DNA from: Octopus bimaculoides | Taxonomy: Eukaryota | DNA length: 64,000 nt | Assembly: GCF_001194135.2 (NCBI RefSeq) | Contig: NC_068986.1 | Span: 72,848,038 to 72,912,037 of the forward strand | Reading direction: 5' to 3' | Translations under genes and position numbers: made by a program | In this document: positions 39,721 to 53,297 of the stretch, piece by piece | Numbering within the stretch: position 1 is the stretch's first letter | Layout of the letters: every line of letters begins with the position of its first letter | Notes under the pieces: generated by a model | Seen by the model: only the letters and a program-made list of their open reading frames with translations | Database searches by the model: none | Told to the model about the DNA's origin: nothing

Positions 39721-40324
39721 TAATAATAATAAGAGCACTCAAAAAGCGCAAACCTCTGCCAAGGCAGCACCAGCGCCCTCTCAACAATTAGCTCGAGATG
39801 ATTTTTAAAATGAGAATATCAGAAATAAACTTGACTGCTAAAAATTAGTAAAAAACAGGAAAAATAATCCAGAATCCTTGTCTGGTACCAGATTGATCCC
39901 AAAATCTAATCAGTTCGTGCCAGTCACGAGGCCAAACATCCCTGCAAGTTCCATCCGAATCCATCCAGCAATTTTTGAGATACTTTGTCCATGGACAAAC
40001 AAACATGACTGAACACAATACCTCTGCCTTAGCAATGGTGTAACAAATAAATATTATTATGATTTCCTCTAGATTCTAATCATAAACAGTTTAGAAAGCT
40101 ATAGAGTATTTTCACTTATTAATTGAAATACACGATATATATATATATGGAAGACTATAAGCAGATGTTCCCATGACAATATAAAACAGAGATTTACATA
40201 ACTTCTAATCTTTCCATTCTGGCAGAAGATAAGTTGTATTTCAGATTTGTACTGACCTTATATTTACCTCATAAAACAATTGGTAACATCTACATTTACT
40301 AACATTTGGAACCCTTATTAAATA

Positions 40325-41440
40325 TATTGGGTCATCCTATAAACAATGCAGTTCTTTTTATACTTCTTTTATTTTTCAAAATTAAGATAAACAAAGTTCT
40401 TTTGTAATAAAAAATATACTTTCTTTCCTTTTCAACAATGCTCTTCCATCTATCTGGTACTCTTGCAAGGCCCCTCTTCCAAAATTCACTTGTCCATGAT
40501 AAAAAATACACCTCCAGTACTGTTCTGACCTTGTCTACAGTATTCATATTTTTTTTCCGTCCAAATGATTTTGAAGACTGCAAAACAAATGATGAGGTAC
40601 TGTCCAGTGAATATGGTGGGTGGAGCATTGTTTCACATTCAAACTGCCTCAGCCTTTGGAATGTCATCCTCGCTGTATGTGGCTGAGCATTATCCTGATG
40701 GAAGAACACCTTTTGTCTTGAAACCAAAGATGATCGTTTTCCTCCTAGCGTTAATATAAGCCGCTCAAGCTACTCGCAGTATATCTCCTTTGTTATTGTT
40801 TGGTTTGCATTTAAAAGTTCAAAGTGGACTAAACCTTTCATATCTCACCTTACATGGGTTAAGACCTTCTTTAGGCTGGGGAGCTGTTGTTTCTCCTTTC
40901 CCTACCCACTGTCTTTGGTGCCTCACATGTTTATAGAGAACCCATTTCTTGTTACCAGTCACTATTTCGTCCAAAAATGGTTCATTTGTGATATGTGACA
41001 GCAAAGAAGAGCACACATTCACTCCCTGTGCGCGATTAAACTCGGAAAGTTTAAGAGGAACCCACTGACCCAATTTGCTGACTTTTCCAATGGCAAGCAG
41101 GTGTCGAATGGTTGAATGACCAAATCCAAGTTTCTCTGCTAGTTCCTCAACAGTTATGATGAGATTTTGTTCCACCAGAGTTTGCAGGACGTCCTCGTCG
41201 AGTTCTACAGATCTTCCAGGACAAGGCTCATCTTCTAGGCTGTAGTTTCTGGAACCACCATTGACACTGGCTTATGCTTGTTGTCGGATCCCCATATACT
41301 GCATAAATATTCCTCGCACTTTCCATTGTGCTGTTGCTTTTATTAAACTCAAAACAAAATATGCCGAATATGCTTCTTTGTCACTTCCATTATAGCTTTG
41401 AAAAAATAACTTAAAATCGAACTGCATCTTCAAAACTTGC
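40325..41440 (-). pseudogene. Mariner transposase relic with internal deletion
   Basis: GQWVPLKL, FLDEIVTGNKKWVLY, FHQDNAQPH, HPPYSLD motifs. Confidence 0.9.
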
Positions 41441-42633
41441 ACTAAGAATAAGCACAAGGTAAAATTACTACCTGCTTTTATAGCAAGTTGATGGAGATAG
41501 TTTATCCTATCCCTCCTCCAACTTGTAGTTCATGCAATTGAAAAAGCCGCATTATTGATGGGATGATTCAATATTTCATTTCCTCTGAGTATATACATGC
41601 TTAATACTTTAATGCTTTCACACAATGCATTTTCCATTAGGAGAGTAAAGACAGTTCCATCAATATGGTAGTGAATAAAGCAGTTTTGAAATTTGACTTT
41701 TATCTATCATCTGTAGAGAATTGTGTCCACTTTCACCTTCTAATTTAGCCATTACTAAGTAAGTAATACAAGTGGAATAATATACTACTGTAAACATTAA
41801 CTCTACAACTGCAACACTGATGATGGATTAGTTAGTTTACAGTGCTGAGTTCAATTCTTCCAGCAGTTAGCAGTGAAAGACTTCCAGAAGAAGTGGTATG
41901 GAACCTGAAAGAAAGAACCAACCCAATGAACCAGTGAAGTCTGACGAAATAAGTATTTGCATTAGAGTATAGCAAATGTTTGGTTGATAAGCTTTTAAAT
42001 TAGAACTGAAAAAGTATTTTATAGCTGAATGCAACCATTTCCTCATTTATCATTAAGAAAATTCGCCCACAACAGCATAAAATAAAAACAGGCGCTTGTA
42101 TGTGCTCATCAAAATTTATTCATAACATATTGTTGAAAACTTTTTCATGCTTCAAGCAGTATTCTTGCAATTTAGATGTGTTAACATTGTTTCTGTTCAT
42201 CAAATGAACCAATGTGTTTAAGCTTCAAAGCAAAAGGTAGTAAATTGAATCATAATTTTATCCTTTCATTTCTGCAAGCAACTTTAAGTCAAATGACCAG
42301 CAGGTTTCCATATTCAACTACAGTCAAATAAAATATCATTATTTATTATTATGTTCATCAAGCTATCAGAAACTGCAGAATGGTTCTTATTGTTAATTAC
42401 ACAGCTGCTCCACTGACTATTCATCAGACCCATATGGTACTGAAAGTGGTTAAACCTTACCCTTTTTCGTATTGATCTCACATCTTTGGTTACCAGCAAA
42501 CATTATATAAAAATCTCAAACAAACTGATTTAAGAAAATATTTTCAACGATTCCCTGCTCCTCCATTCTTTTCTTTTTTTTTTGTTTTTTATTCACGACC
42601 TACCAAACATCTTCCTTTTCCTTTTTGAATTGT

Positions 42634-42952
42634 TTATGTAGACTGAGTAGAATCTTGGTTATTGCTTTCATTAACGTTACTTAAGTCTTCAATATCTGGT
42701 GCTAGATCTTCACTATTCACCGGACTAATATCTGAAGAATCTGCACTTGATTGTCCAGATGCTGCAACTGGATTGATCTGTTCTTTTATATCACTTTTGA
42801 TTTCGTCTGCTGCAGTATTTATACAAGACTGAGATGATTTTGCAACCGACAGCTCTACATGGCTATTATTATTATTTGTATTGCTACTTTCTTCTGATAA
42901 CTGCCAAGATGGGAGAGTTGCTGTAATGTTCGGTATTGGCGTAAATTGCTTC
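42634..42952 (-). CDS. PEX14: Peroxin-14 terminal coding exon (KQFTPIPNITATLPSWQL...SSDISPV...DSTQST*)
   Basis: Acceptor ctatttcag|G, phase 2. Matches the PEX14 motifs RQFP..P..IPSWQ and SSDISPV. Confidence 0.9.
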
Positions 42953-44869
42953 CTGAAATAGAAAAAAAAAACAGTCACCAAAAAATTCATTTAAACTAAA
43001 AGAAATGTAAGCACTTGTTAAGTAATTCTAAGAAACATTTAAAAGAGTAATTAACTGAAAATTGAAGGTTACATAATTTTGTGAAGCTATGAAGTATAAT
43101 GTTGATGTATTTGATAGGTTTTATCATCAACATTGTATATGTGCTAAAGATGTGCATCTAAGTATGAAAGATTTTGGTGCTGCTGCCAACACTATCACCA
43201 TCATCATTTGACATCTGCTTTCCATGATGACATGGGTTGGACAGGGCATCAGGGTCTAAGTCAGTTCTTATTCAGAATTATTACCTTCCAAGAAGGGTTT
43301 GAAAACTAAATCTCACTTTTTCTGGTATAATTACTATGGCTAGATGTTCTTTCTATTGCCAACTGCTGTACAGAATGCACTAAATGCATTTTTGTCATGG
43401 TACCAGCATTAGAGAGACTGTTATATCCTTGGCAAGATTCAAGAGACCTCTTGGCTCTACAAAGACCTCATTCACAAACTGCTTTACAGGATGTAGTAGG
43501 TGCATTTTATTGACACACCAGCACTAGCTAGGGTGCCTTATAGCCCACAAGACAAAGAAATCTCTCACTACTATATGTTGTCTCTATTTGTTAAAGGCAG
43601 CAAGGTTAAGAGGATGAGCAGAAGAGACAGTAATGCTAGAATAACCACAGAGAAAGATTGGAAAAGAGAGTAGAGTAATGGGAGAGAAAGAGAGAGAGAA
43701 TGATGGCAGGAGTAATAGAAGAAAGACAGTGATGGCAGCAGCATGTTTGTTGATAAGAGACAGAGAATGTGATGAGTAGACATTGTAAGAGTGATGGCTA
43801 GCAGGACAAAAGGATAATGGTATGTGTATCAAATATAACCAGATCAGAAGCAGTCTTCTGTTACAAGAGCCACTTAGTATCTGATGAGGTTTCAAAAAGG
43901 GAGACTAAAGATGGAGACTTAAGACTATTATGGACAAGATCATCTTCATCACTATCACCATTTTAATGTTTGCTTTGCCATACTTACACAGGTGAGAAAG
44001 TCTTCACCAACATTATGTTTTGTCAATTGTTGAAGAGATGTATCACCACCTGCTTTTCCATACTGGAATGGATTGGACAAGATGTTCTGAGGCAATATTT
44101 TACAATTAAATGCCTCTTTTAGTGCCACCTCTTTTAGTTACAACTTAGGATATGCAGGAATATAGTGTACATATTCTAAAAACTAAAGTATACATGGGAG
44201 CTCTAGCATTCATGTATTTACACTTGGAATTTATTATTTATATATTACTATTTATAATGATACAGACTGAGAAGGTTATAAAAGCTGAGTGGCATTCTTC
44301 TATCCACTCGTAATTTTGTCTATAAAATAATTATTGAGACAGAGAGAGAGAGACAAACAAGAGCTATAAACAGTATAGAAGGCTAGAAGTAGTTATTTCA
44401 CCATTTTAAGGTAGGATATTATGACTTCATTAATTCATTTATGTTGATATGTGATTGTATTTCCAAGCCATTTTATTTATAGAGATTATCGTTAATTTTA
44501 TGGGACATGATCAACAGACAATAAACTTGCTGTTCCCGCTTTCATGTATACTTACTTTCAACATATTTACAAATTACTATTTATAACAATTTAGACAGAC
44601 AAAGAGGATCACAAACACTTAGTAGCAGTGCCTACACTCCTTCGTCCACGATAAATTTCCTCTTGGCTCACTTGACAACTAAACTATGCAGGGACACCAC
44701 AGCAAAGCTCTCATTCTCAAATGGCCTCTTTTCTCTTCTCTCTCATATTCTTGCCATATCCTTCTAGTAACCTATCCTCTCTTTGTCTCTCCACTTATCT
44801 CTATCTTCTTGACTTTCTCACACATCCTACAGAAGTACACAAGGACACTAGTGCAGCACTAGTGATGGC

Positions 44870-45345
44870 GACGTTATGCCTCAATTCATCTTCCAATTCA
44901 GCCTCAGACTCAACACAAAGGCCAACATCAAGTGCCTGGAGGAGATAGTGCTGCCCTGGGTCAAGAGGGTGGCTGCTGGAACACCCTATGTCTGGCAACA
45001 GGACTCTGCACCATGCTACACAAGCAGGAGAACCCAGACACGGCTGTCAGACAATTTCTGCAACCACATCACCCCTAACATCTGGTCACCTAACTCCCCA
45101 GACTGCAACCCCCTTGATTATTATGTGTGGGGCGCAGTTGAATGAGAGGCCAACAAAACTCCTTGTAACACCAAAGATGAACTGAAGGCAAGGATTATGG
45201 CAGCATTCACCAACTTAAACAAAGAGACCATCCAGAAGAGTTGTAGGAGGTTCCAAAGTCATCTGGAGGCCATGGTTGAAGACAATGGTGATTTTATTGA
45301 ATAAACTTACTCTTTAGTATTTCAAGATATTTTTATGTAATTTTG
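44870..45345 (+). pseudogene. maT-type (DD37D) Tc1/mariner transposase 3' relic
   Basis: WQQDSAP...SPDCNPLDYYVW; 37 residues counted between the second and third Asp. Confidence 0.85.
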
Positions 45346-45384
45346 ATACATATATCTGTTAAAATGAGATGTCAGTGTTATTTT

Positions 45385-45520
45385 CATTATTTACATTTGA
45401 TGGATATTTGTCCTCATCTTGTTTGCTGTTAACACATTTCAGCTGATATACCCTCCAGCCTTCATCGGGTGTCTTGGGGAAATTTCGAACCTGGGTTCTC
45501 ATTTCTAAGGTATTTTTCGA

Positions 45521-45570
<50 letters not shown>

Positions 45571-45870
45571 TCACTGCCTGGAATCAAACTTGGACTCTAA
45601 GAGTTAGTAGCCTGCGCTCTTAACCACTACACCATATGCTCTATGCCTGTGGGTGTAGTGGTTAAGAGCGCGGGCTACTAACTCCAAGATTCCGAGTTCG
45701 ATTCCAGGCAGTGACCTGAACAACAGCAACAACAACAAGTACCTTAGGAATGAGAACCCAGGTTCGAAATTTCCCCAAGACACCTGATGAAGGCTGGAGG
45801 GTATATCAGCCGAAACGTTATGTTAACAACAAACAAGATGAAGACAAATATCTGTCAAATGTAAATAATG
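45385..45870. mobile_element. Head-to-head palindrome of a tRNA-headed retroposon with hammerhead-like tail
   Basis: Arms of about 220-250 bp, spacer 45634-45651. A-box (TGTAGTGGTTAAG) and B-box (GAGTTCGATTCC) at 45653-45710 and on the mirror arm; (TTA)n versus (CAA)n linker. Confidence 0.75.
45779..45824 (+). ncRNA. Candidate minimal hammerhead ribozyme in SINE tail
   Basis: GACAC-CUGAUGA-A-GGCUG-loop-CAGCC-GAAA-CG-UU-AUGUU. The mirror arm supplies GUGUU for stem I. There is an extra A after the core, and GUU is a weak triplet. Confidence 0.5.
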
Positions 45871-46570
45871 TACATAATTCCTCATCTCTTAAATATAGAA
45901 ATGAATGTTATTTTCATTTTGTGTAATTTAAACAACAGTTTATTCACCGCACCATGCATGCATACATACATACATACATACTCTGTGTTAAATGAAAAAA
46001 TGGTGACAAGCAAAAATTCTGTAAATAATAATAAAAATAATTATAAGCTTTAAGTTTATAAGCATTAACCATGTACTGGCCAAAAAAAAAAAGTCTAATA
46101 TTGGAGCATATAAGCCCTTGATGGAAAAAAATTGGGTATTAGTTTTTTTCCATCAAGGGCTTATATGCCCCAATATTAAACTTATTTTCTTTAGCCAATA
46201 CACAGTGAACCCTTCAAAGCTTAAAATCATTATTATTATTTATAGGATTCCTTGACAACACTGTAATCTTCATTTAACTAAGGTATCTTTGGCCTGATGA
46301 GTAGCTGGTGGAGTACTTCTCATTTACTTCCATGATTCTGCTAGCTAGGAAACATATGCAACCTGGATTTTACCTGCTCCATTCCCTAAATTTGGACTTT
46401 TATTCACGTACACAGCAACCCCAGCTGCTAACAGTGAACTATAAATAATTCTTTTCAGCCTATCAAACTCTGATATGGGTAAAACTTTACAACCTTCTAC
46501 GACAATAAACCATTGTTCCTGAACTTTGTTTTTTATACCTTCTACGTACTGCTTGAAGCTTACTAACTTC

Positions 46571-46612
<42 letters not shown>

Positions 46613-47049
46613 TATTACCTATGAGGTTTTTATTTCCATGCTAGCCACTTGATATGATCGGTATTTTAAATAACGATCTTATCCTTATTTATTTANNNNN
46701 NNNNNNNNNNNNNNNNNNNNNNNNNNNNNNNNNNNNNNNNNNNNNNNNNNNNNNNNNNNNNNNNNNNNNNNNNNNNNNNNNNNNNNNNNNNNNNNNNNNN
46801 NNNNNNNNNNNNNNNNNNNNNNNNNNNNNNNNNNNNNNNNNNNNNNNNNNNNNNNNNNNNNNNNNNNNNNNNNNNNNNNNNNNNNNNNNNNNNNNNNNNN
46901 NNNNNNNNNNNNNNNNNNNNNNNNNNNNNNNNNNNNNNNNNNNNNNNNNNNNNNNNNNNNNNNNNNNNNNNNNNNNNNNNNNNNNNNNNNNNNNNNNNNN
47001 NNNNNNNNNNNNNNNNNNNNNNNNNNNNNNNNNNNNNNNNNNNNNNNNN

Positions 47050-47092
<43 letters not shown>

Positions 47093-49150
47093 ATATATAT
47101 GGAGTGTATGTGTATTTCCAGTACATTTTTCTGGTAGTTGTTGCATGTAACAAAGTCTATTGAAATAACTTATTGTTAAAGACAGCCAAATATATGTTCA
47201 AACACTAGGTACAATACTTGTATATTGAGCTCTTGATAATCATTGATAAGAAGCAATCACAAATGCACCAATATATTACAAAAGCATTAGATTACAAAAC
47301 CTCACAATAACTAAAATATCAACCACAAAACAAACAGAAAACTTGATAAATTGATATACCTAAAGGTTTGTCACAATATCATGACATACTTTAGTAAAAT
47401 ATACAATGTTTTTCCATTTGAAGTATTTCATTCATTTCCAAAGGTACAAACTAGATTTACTTAGATACTGCAGAGTAAGCCATAAATGTAAAAGCCTTCA
47501 ATCAAAGGAAATAAAAAGCTACCATAATAGAAACAGAATTTCTATTGTTAAAAACAAACAAGCAAGAAATATATACTACAAATATATCTACATTACATTG
47601 CAATCATACCAAAGATTTCCTGCAAGGAATTTATAGCTTAGAATGTATTTTTAGCAAATCATTGTAGTCAAATGTTATCGTTTGTATAAGTAAACTAATA
47701 AACATACAGGGATGTTGGCATAGCTGATTGGTTATATAATCTTTCATTTGGTTCAGTCATTTGACTATGTGCTGAAGCACAAAACTCGACAAGTTTAGTT
47801 ACTTGTGTCATGCCTGGTTTTTATTGTTAAGTCTGAGACTTATTATATTGATTGTATTTGTCAAACTGTTAAGTTACAGGACATAAATGAAAAGCATCAA
47901 TTCCATCACAATGTGAGAACAGTGCCTGCTTAAAGGAAGTGGATTAGGCCGACAGAAACTGAATGAGAATTACTGCTCTATTCTTTAGAGTGTGCTTCTT
48001 TTTTAATATATGTTTTATTGCCTATATATATATACATACATATATATATATATATATATANNNNNNNNNNNNNNNNNNNNNNNNNNNNNNNNNNNNNNNN
48101 NNNNNNNNNNNNNNNNNNNNNNNNNNNNNNNNNNNNNNNNNNNNNNNNNNNNNNNNNNNNNNNNNNNNNNNNNNNNNNNNNNNNNNNNNNNNNNNNNNNN
48201 NNNNNNNNNNNNNNNNNNNNNNNNNNNNNNNNNNNNNNNNNNNNNNNNNNNNNNNNNNNNNNNNNNNNNNNNNNNNNNNNNNNNNNNNNNNNNNNNNNNN
48301 NNNNNNNNNNNNNNNNNNNNNNNNNNNNNNNNNNNNNNNNNNNNNNNNNNNNNNNNNNNNNNNNNNNNNNNNNNNNNNNNNNNNNNNNNNNNNNNNNNNN
48401 NNNNNNNNNNNNNNNNNNNNNNNNNNNNNNNNNNNNNNNNNNNNNNNNNNNNNNNNNNNNNNNNNNNNNNNNNNNNNNNNNNNNNNNNNNNNNNNNNNNN
48501 NNNNNNNNNNNNNNNNNNNNNNNNNNNNNNNNNNNNNNNNNNNNNNNNNNNNNNNNNNNNNNNNNNNNNNNNNNNNNNTAACAATCATGTTCGAATGGTG
48601 CTTTTTACGTGTCACCAGCATGGAAGCCAATCAGCTGCTCTGGCAGCGATCACGCTCAGATGGTGCTCTTAGCGCTCCACTGGCACGGGTCATCAAATTT
48701 GCAAATTTGATTTGATTTCGATTTCACTTGCCTCAATAGGTCTTCGCAAGAAGAGTTTAGTGTCTATTGAAGGAAAGGTGACTGTTTTCCATGCAGGCAA
48801 GGGTTGGACTGTTTGATAGGAGCTAGCAAACCAGAAAAACTGCATCAGGCTTCACTGTTTGTTTGGGCATGGTTTTAATGGCTAGATGCCACCCACTTTA
48901 CAGAATGGTCTCACACACACACACATTTATATATATTATTTATCATTATATATATATATATTGGCTCTTGTGCGGGTGGCACATAAAATACACCATTTTG
49001 AGCGTGGCCGTTGCCAGTACCGCCTGACTGGTCTTCGTAGGATTTTCGAGCGAGACCGTTGCCAGTGCCCCTGGACTGGCTCCTGTGCGGGTGGCGCATA
49101 AAATACACCCTTTTGAGCGTGGCCGTTGCCAGTACCGCCTNNNNNNNNNN

Positions 49151-49196
<46 letters not shown>

Positions 49197-49394
49197 GGGG
49201 AGGGAGTTGTAAGTGTGTTTGCATGTGTAGATATGTATGCAAGTTTGATAGCTAGATCAGCATCATCATCAATGTTTTTATGTCTACATTTTATGTCTAT
49301 ATTTTGGTAAATATAGCTGTTGAAATGAGATGTTAGTGTTATTTTCATTTTTGCATAATTTTGATGACAGTTTATTCACCCTGCCTTGTATATA

Positions 49395-49540
49395 TGACGA
49401 GCTTCTTTTAGGTTGTATCTCAATCCACTCACAAGGCTTTGGTCAACCAGGAGCTATAGTACAAGACACTTGTCTAAGGTGCCACACAGTGAGACGACTT
49501 GAACCGGAAACAGTGCGGTTGGGAAGCAAACTTTTCAAAC
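49395..49540 (-). mobile_element. SINE family A, 5' part
   Basis: atccactcacaaggctttggtc...aagacacttgtctaaggtgccac. Confidence 0.7.
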
Positions 49541-50446
49541 CACACACACACAAACAAATACACACACATGCATGAATATACATATAAATACATAAAATCG
49601 CCATATGTGTATCATGCAAAAATGTACACACACCATTAGAAGGCATGATGCTGTGGAATTATCTGAGATAAAATCTTTTCAAAGATTTGTTGCATTAAAA
49701 ATGATATATGTATATAGATATGAGAGAGAGAGACAAACATCATTGCTGCAGTGACTCATGAGAACAACAGATGAGTCTTGCCTTTCTGAAGGCTTGTCAA
49801 CGCCATGCACTTGATTGTAACTTGTTTAAATGAAATTTGTGCCTCAATATATTAGAAGCAGTGAATATAACATACACTGGTATTGCTGAAAATTGCTGGG
49901 CTATAGAAAAACTCAGTGAACATAATTGAGATAGCAATGAAAATCACCATCTGTGGATTATATATATATATATATCATCATCATCATCGTTTAACGTCCG
50001 TTTTCCATGCTGGCATGGGTTGGACGGTTTGACTGAGGCCTGGAGAGCCAGCAGCTGCACCATCAAGAGTAATGTCCCTTGAAGTAATGACCGTTGGTAT
50101 TTGTTATTTACTCAACTTTGCCTTTCATCCTTTTGGGGTCGATAAATTAAGTACCAGTTACGCACTGGGTCGATGTAATCGACTTAATCCCTTTGTCTGT
50201 CCTTGTTTGTCCCCTCTATGTTTAGCCCCTTGTGGGCAATAAAGAAATATGAGGTGTTTCCATCCCTTAGCAGCAGCATTACTCATTATGTGGAAAATTT
50301 GAAGTCTATGACCATTTCTAGAACAAAGTGATGTATGTTCCCAGTGTGAACAAAATCGGATGAAAAATATTGATTTTAAGGGGGATCAAGAAAAAGGCCT
50401 GTACACACACACACATCTTGTTTTATTATGTATACTCTTTTTTTTA

Positions 50447-50644
50447 ACTCTTTTACTTGTTTCAGTCATTTGACTGTGGCCATGCTGGAGCACCGCCTTT
50501 AGTCGAGCAAATCGACCCCAGGACTTTGGAAGCCTAGTACTTATTCTGTCGGTCTCTTTTGCCGAACCGCTAAGTTACAGGGACGTAAACACACCACCAT
50601 CGGTTGTCAAGCGATGTTGTGGGGACAAACACAGACACACAAAC

Positions 50645-50686
<42 letters not shown>

Positions 50687-50826
50687 GACGGGCTTCTTTC
50701 AGTTTCCGTCTACCAAATCCAAACACAAAACTTTGGTCGGCCTGAGGCTATAGTAGAAGACACTTGCCCAAGGTGCCACGCAGTGGGACTGAACCCAGAA
50801 CCATGTGGTTGGTAAGCAAGCTACTT
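50447..50826 (-). mobile_element. SINE family A, young copy
   Basis: Near-identical to the reverse complement of 1635-2042. Confidence 0.9.
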
Positions 50827-50907
50827 ACCACACAGCCACTCCCGCGCAAAATATACATATATCTTATATATACACACACACACACACACACACATATGTG
50901 TATATAC

Positions 50908-50944
<37 letters not shown>

Positions 50945-51204
50945 ACCTATGCAGTGGATACATATAAACAGGGCATATCTAACTATTTGTCTGTAGCCTG
51001 AAATATGATGAACAGCCTTAATTGATTTATGAAACTTATTGGGTACTCAGAGGTGTCTACATCATTCTGACCAATCCAAAAGAAATATACAGCCAATCTG
51101 TTTATATACTCAACAAATCAAATAGCTACAGAGAACTGGAGCTACTAATTTGCATATCATAAGTGCAACTGTTTATTTAATATTAGTAGCCTGTCAACAG
51201 GGAT

Positions 51205-51650
51205 ATCATCATCATCATCATCATCATCATTTAGCATCTGTTGTTCATGCTGGCATGTGTTGGATGGTTTGACCAAAGCTGGCAAGCTAGAGAGTGGCAC
51301 CAGACTCCAGTCTGATTTGGAATGGTTTCTACAACTGGAAGCACCATTGAAAAAATGATGAACAGTCTTAATCGATTTTCAACCACTTGGTGGAGTGTGG
51401 TGGGAGCATTTATGTGGTTGTGTGGAGTGTGGTGGGTGCTTTTAAGTGGCACTGCATCGGTGCTTTTACAAGGTACGACATGGGCGCTTTTATATGGCAC
51501 CACATGGGTGCTTTTATGTGATGCCACAAGGGTGCTTTTACAGGACACCACACAGGTGCCTTTGCATGAAACTGCATGAGTGCTTTTACATCACACTGCA
51601 CAGGTGCTTTTATGTGGCACCACAAGAGCACTTTTACATGATGCCACATG
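51205..51650 (-). mobile_element. RTE-tail retroposon with expanded ~27-bp minisatellite
   Basis: (CAT)n tail at 51205-51230; about 10 copies of gtgcttttatgtggcaccacatgg-like units at 51400-51650. Confidence 0.75.
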
Positions 51651-53041
51651 GGGGATTTCAGTGCATATAATATGATATAATATATGTAACTTACACAGTA
51701 GACATATATATAAACAGGACAAATTTAACTATTTCCCCATAGAGTAAAAAAAGGATAAACAGTCTTAATCACTTTTCAGACATTATTGGGTTCTCTTCAG
51801 ATGTGTCTAAATCAGTCTGACCAACCCCAGAGAAATAAACAACCAGTATGTTTATATACTCACAAATTCAGTAGCTATAGAGAACTGGAGCTACTAGTAC
51901 GTGTACATGTATATCTTACAAGGCACCAACACATGTGGGGTACAAAGCAACCCCACTTATGTTGGTACCACTATATTTCCACCCAGGATACTCTATAAAG
52001 CGATTGACAAGCAAAATGGAGATATGTGGTTAAATGGACTCTTTAGTCTAGTCAAAGACATGATCACCAATTCACACTGCAGCTGATTTTCTAGCAGAAA
52101 TCATTGATTGAACTGGGAGGAAAGGGTCAGTGATGTCAATGGCTGAGGGGCCTTACTGGAAGAGGAAGGGTGAATGAGGTCAAGTGGGCAGAAGCAGGAC
52201 AAGCGTAGGTCCCTTTGGCCTCAGGTAGTGGGAGCAGATAGACACATGTAGACATGTGAGCTAGAAAGGGAATTTGCCCTAAGTTCTAGCGATAGGTTAA
52301 ACAGGTAGGGCGCATCTTGGATTTAATCCAGTTGGACAGTTGGCACTGAGTAGGTGAATTGCATTTTGTTTGCCTTATTACACTTCCTCATACTATAAGT
52401 ACTAAGGGTGATTTAAATAACAGAGAAAATGGAAAAAAATTAACAAACAAAAGGTAAAAGATAGTATAAAAAGTATTATTCAAAGGGGGAAATTATTATG
52501 AAAGGATATGATGTAAGAACTGTGAAGTTATAAATAAAAATAATTTACATTATCTAAAGCTGTTCTGTGAGAAATAAATATGAGTGGAATATAAAGAACC
52601 AGTATTGACCATGTAAATAAATATAAGATACAGATATTTTAAAAATACATAAAGATACACGAAATTAAAAGTAACAATTGGAAAAAAAAGTCTGTTGTAG
52701 TAAATGAGTATGAAATAATCTAGTGACACAGGGGACATAACTGAAATTCGACAGCTAAAAACTGCCCTGTTTTGCATTAAAAAGTAACATTACCTCCCTG
52801 TCTCCTCTCCTCTACTCCCACCTCAACCTGTTCCCTACGTTATCTTATTTATTACCATCCTTTCACAATAAATATGTTCTTTCCATCATGGGATACACTC
52901 TCTGGCTTTGAAAATAACAAGACCACTCCCAACAATGCTAGTGCCACAAAAAGCACCCAATGCATTCTAAGTGTTTTATAATCAATCCAAACAACAAATT
53001 CTATCTGACCCATGAAAGCATGGAAGAGTGGACATTATTAA

Positions 53042-53085
<44 letters not shown>

Positions 53086-53202
53086 AAACCTCTAAGTACA
53101 GAAATTTATAGCCATGGCAGAGATTCATATTTCCAAGAAACATCTATCACAAACCTGAAATGCAGACAAAATACAGAAGTATCATCAAATAGTATGGCTT
53201 AC

Positions 53203-53297
53203 CTGCTTAGAAGAATACCTTTAATTGATGTCAACTCAGATTTTATTTCATTGGAAAGCCGACTTGACTGAGGGTAAGACGCTCCATTTGATTTTGA
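53203..53297 (-). CDS. PEX14: Peroxin-14 exon (SKSNGASY...NEIKSELTSIKGILLS-R)
   Basis: Acceptor tattacag|TCA, donor AG|GTAAGC, phase 0/2. Matches the PEX14 motif NELKSEINSLKGLLLNR. Confidence 0.92.

Noticed and set aside
45650-45720. True tRNA gene
   Set aside because: A and B boxes are present but I could not fold a full cloverleaf. It continues into a repeat body, as do the other SINE heads.
51400-51650. CRISPR-like regular array
   Set aside because: Units are degenerate minisatellite copies without unique spacers, in a eukaryotic retroposon 3'UTR; no cas genes.
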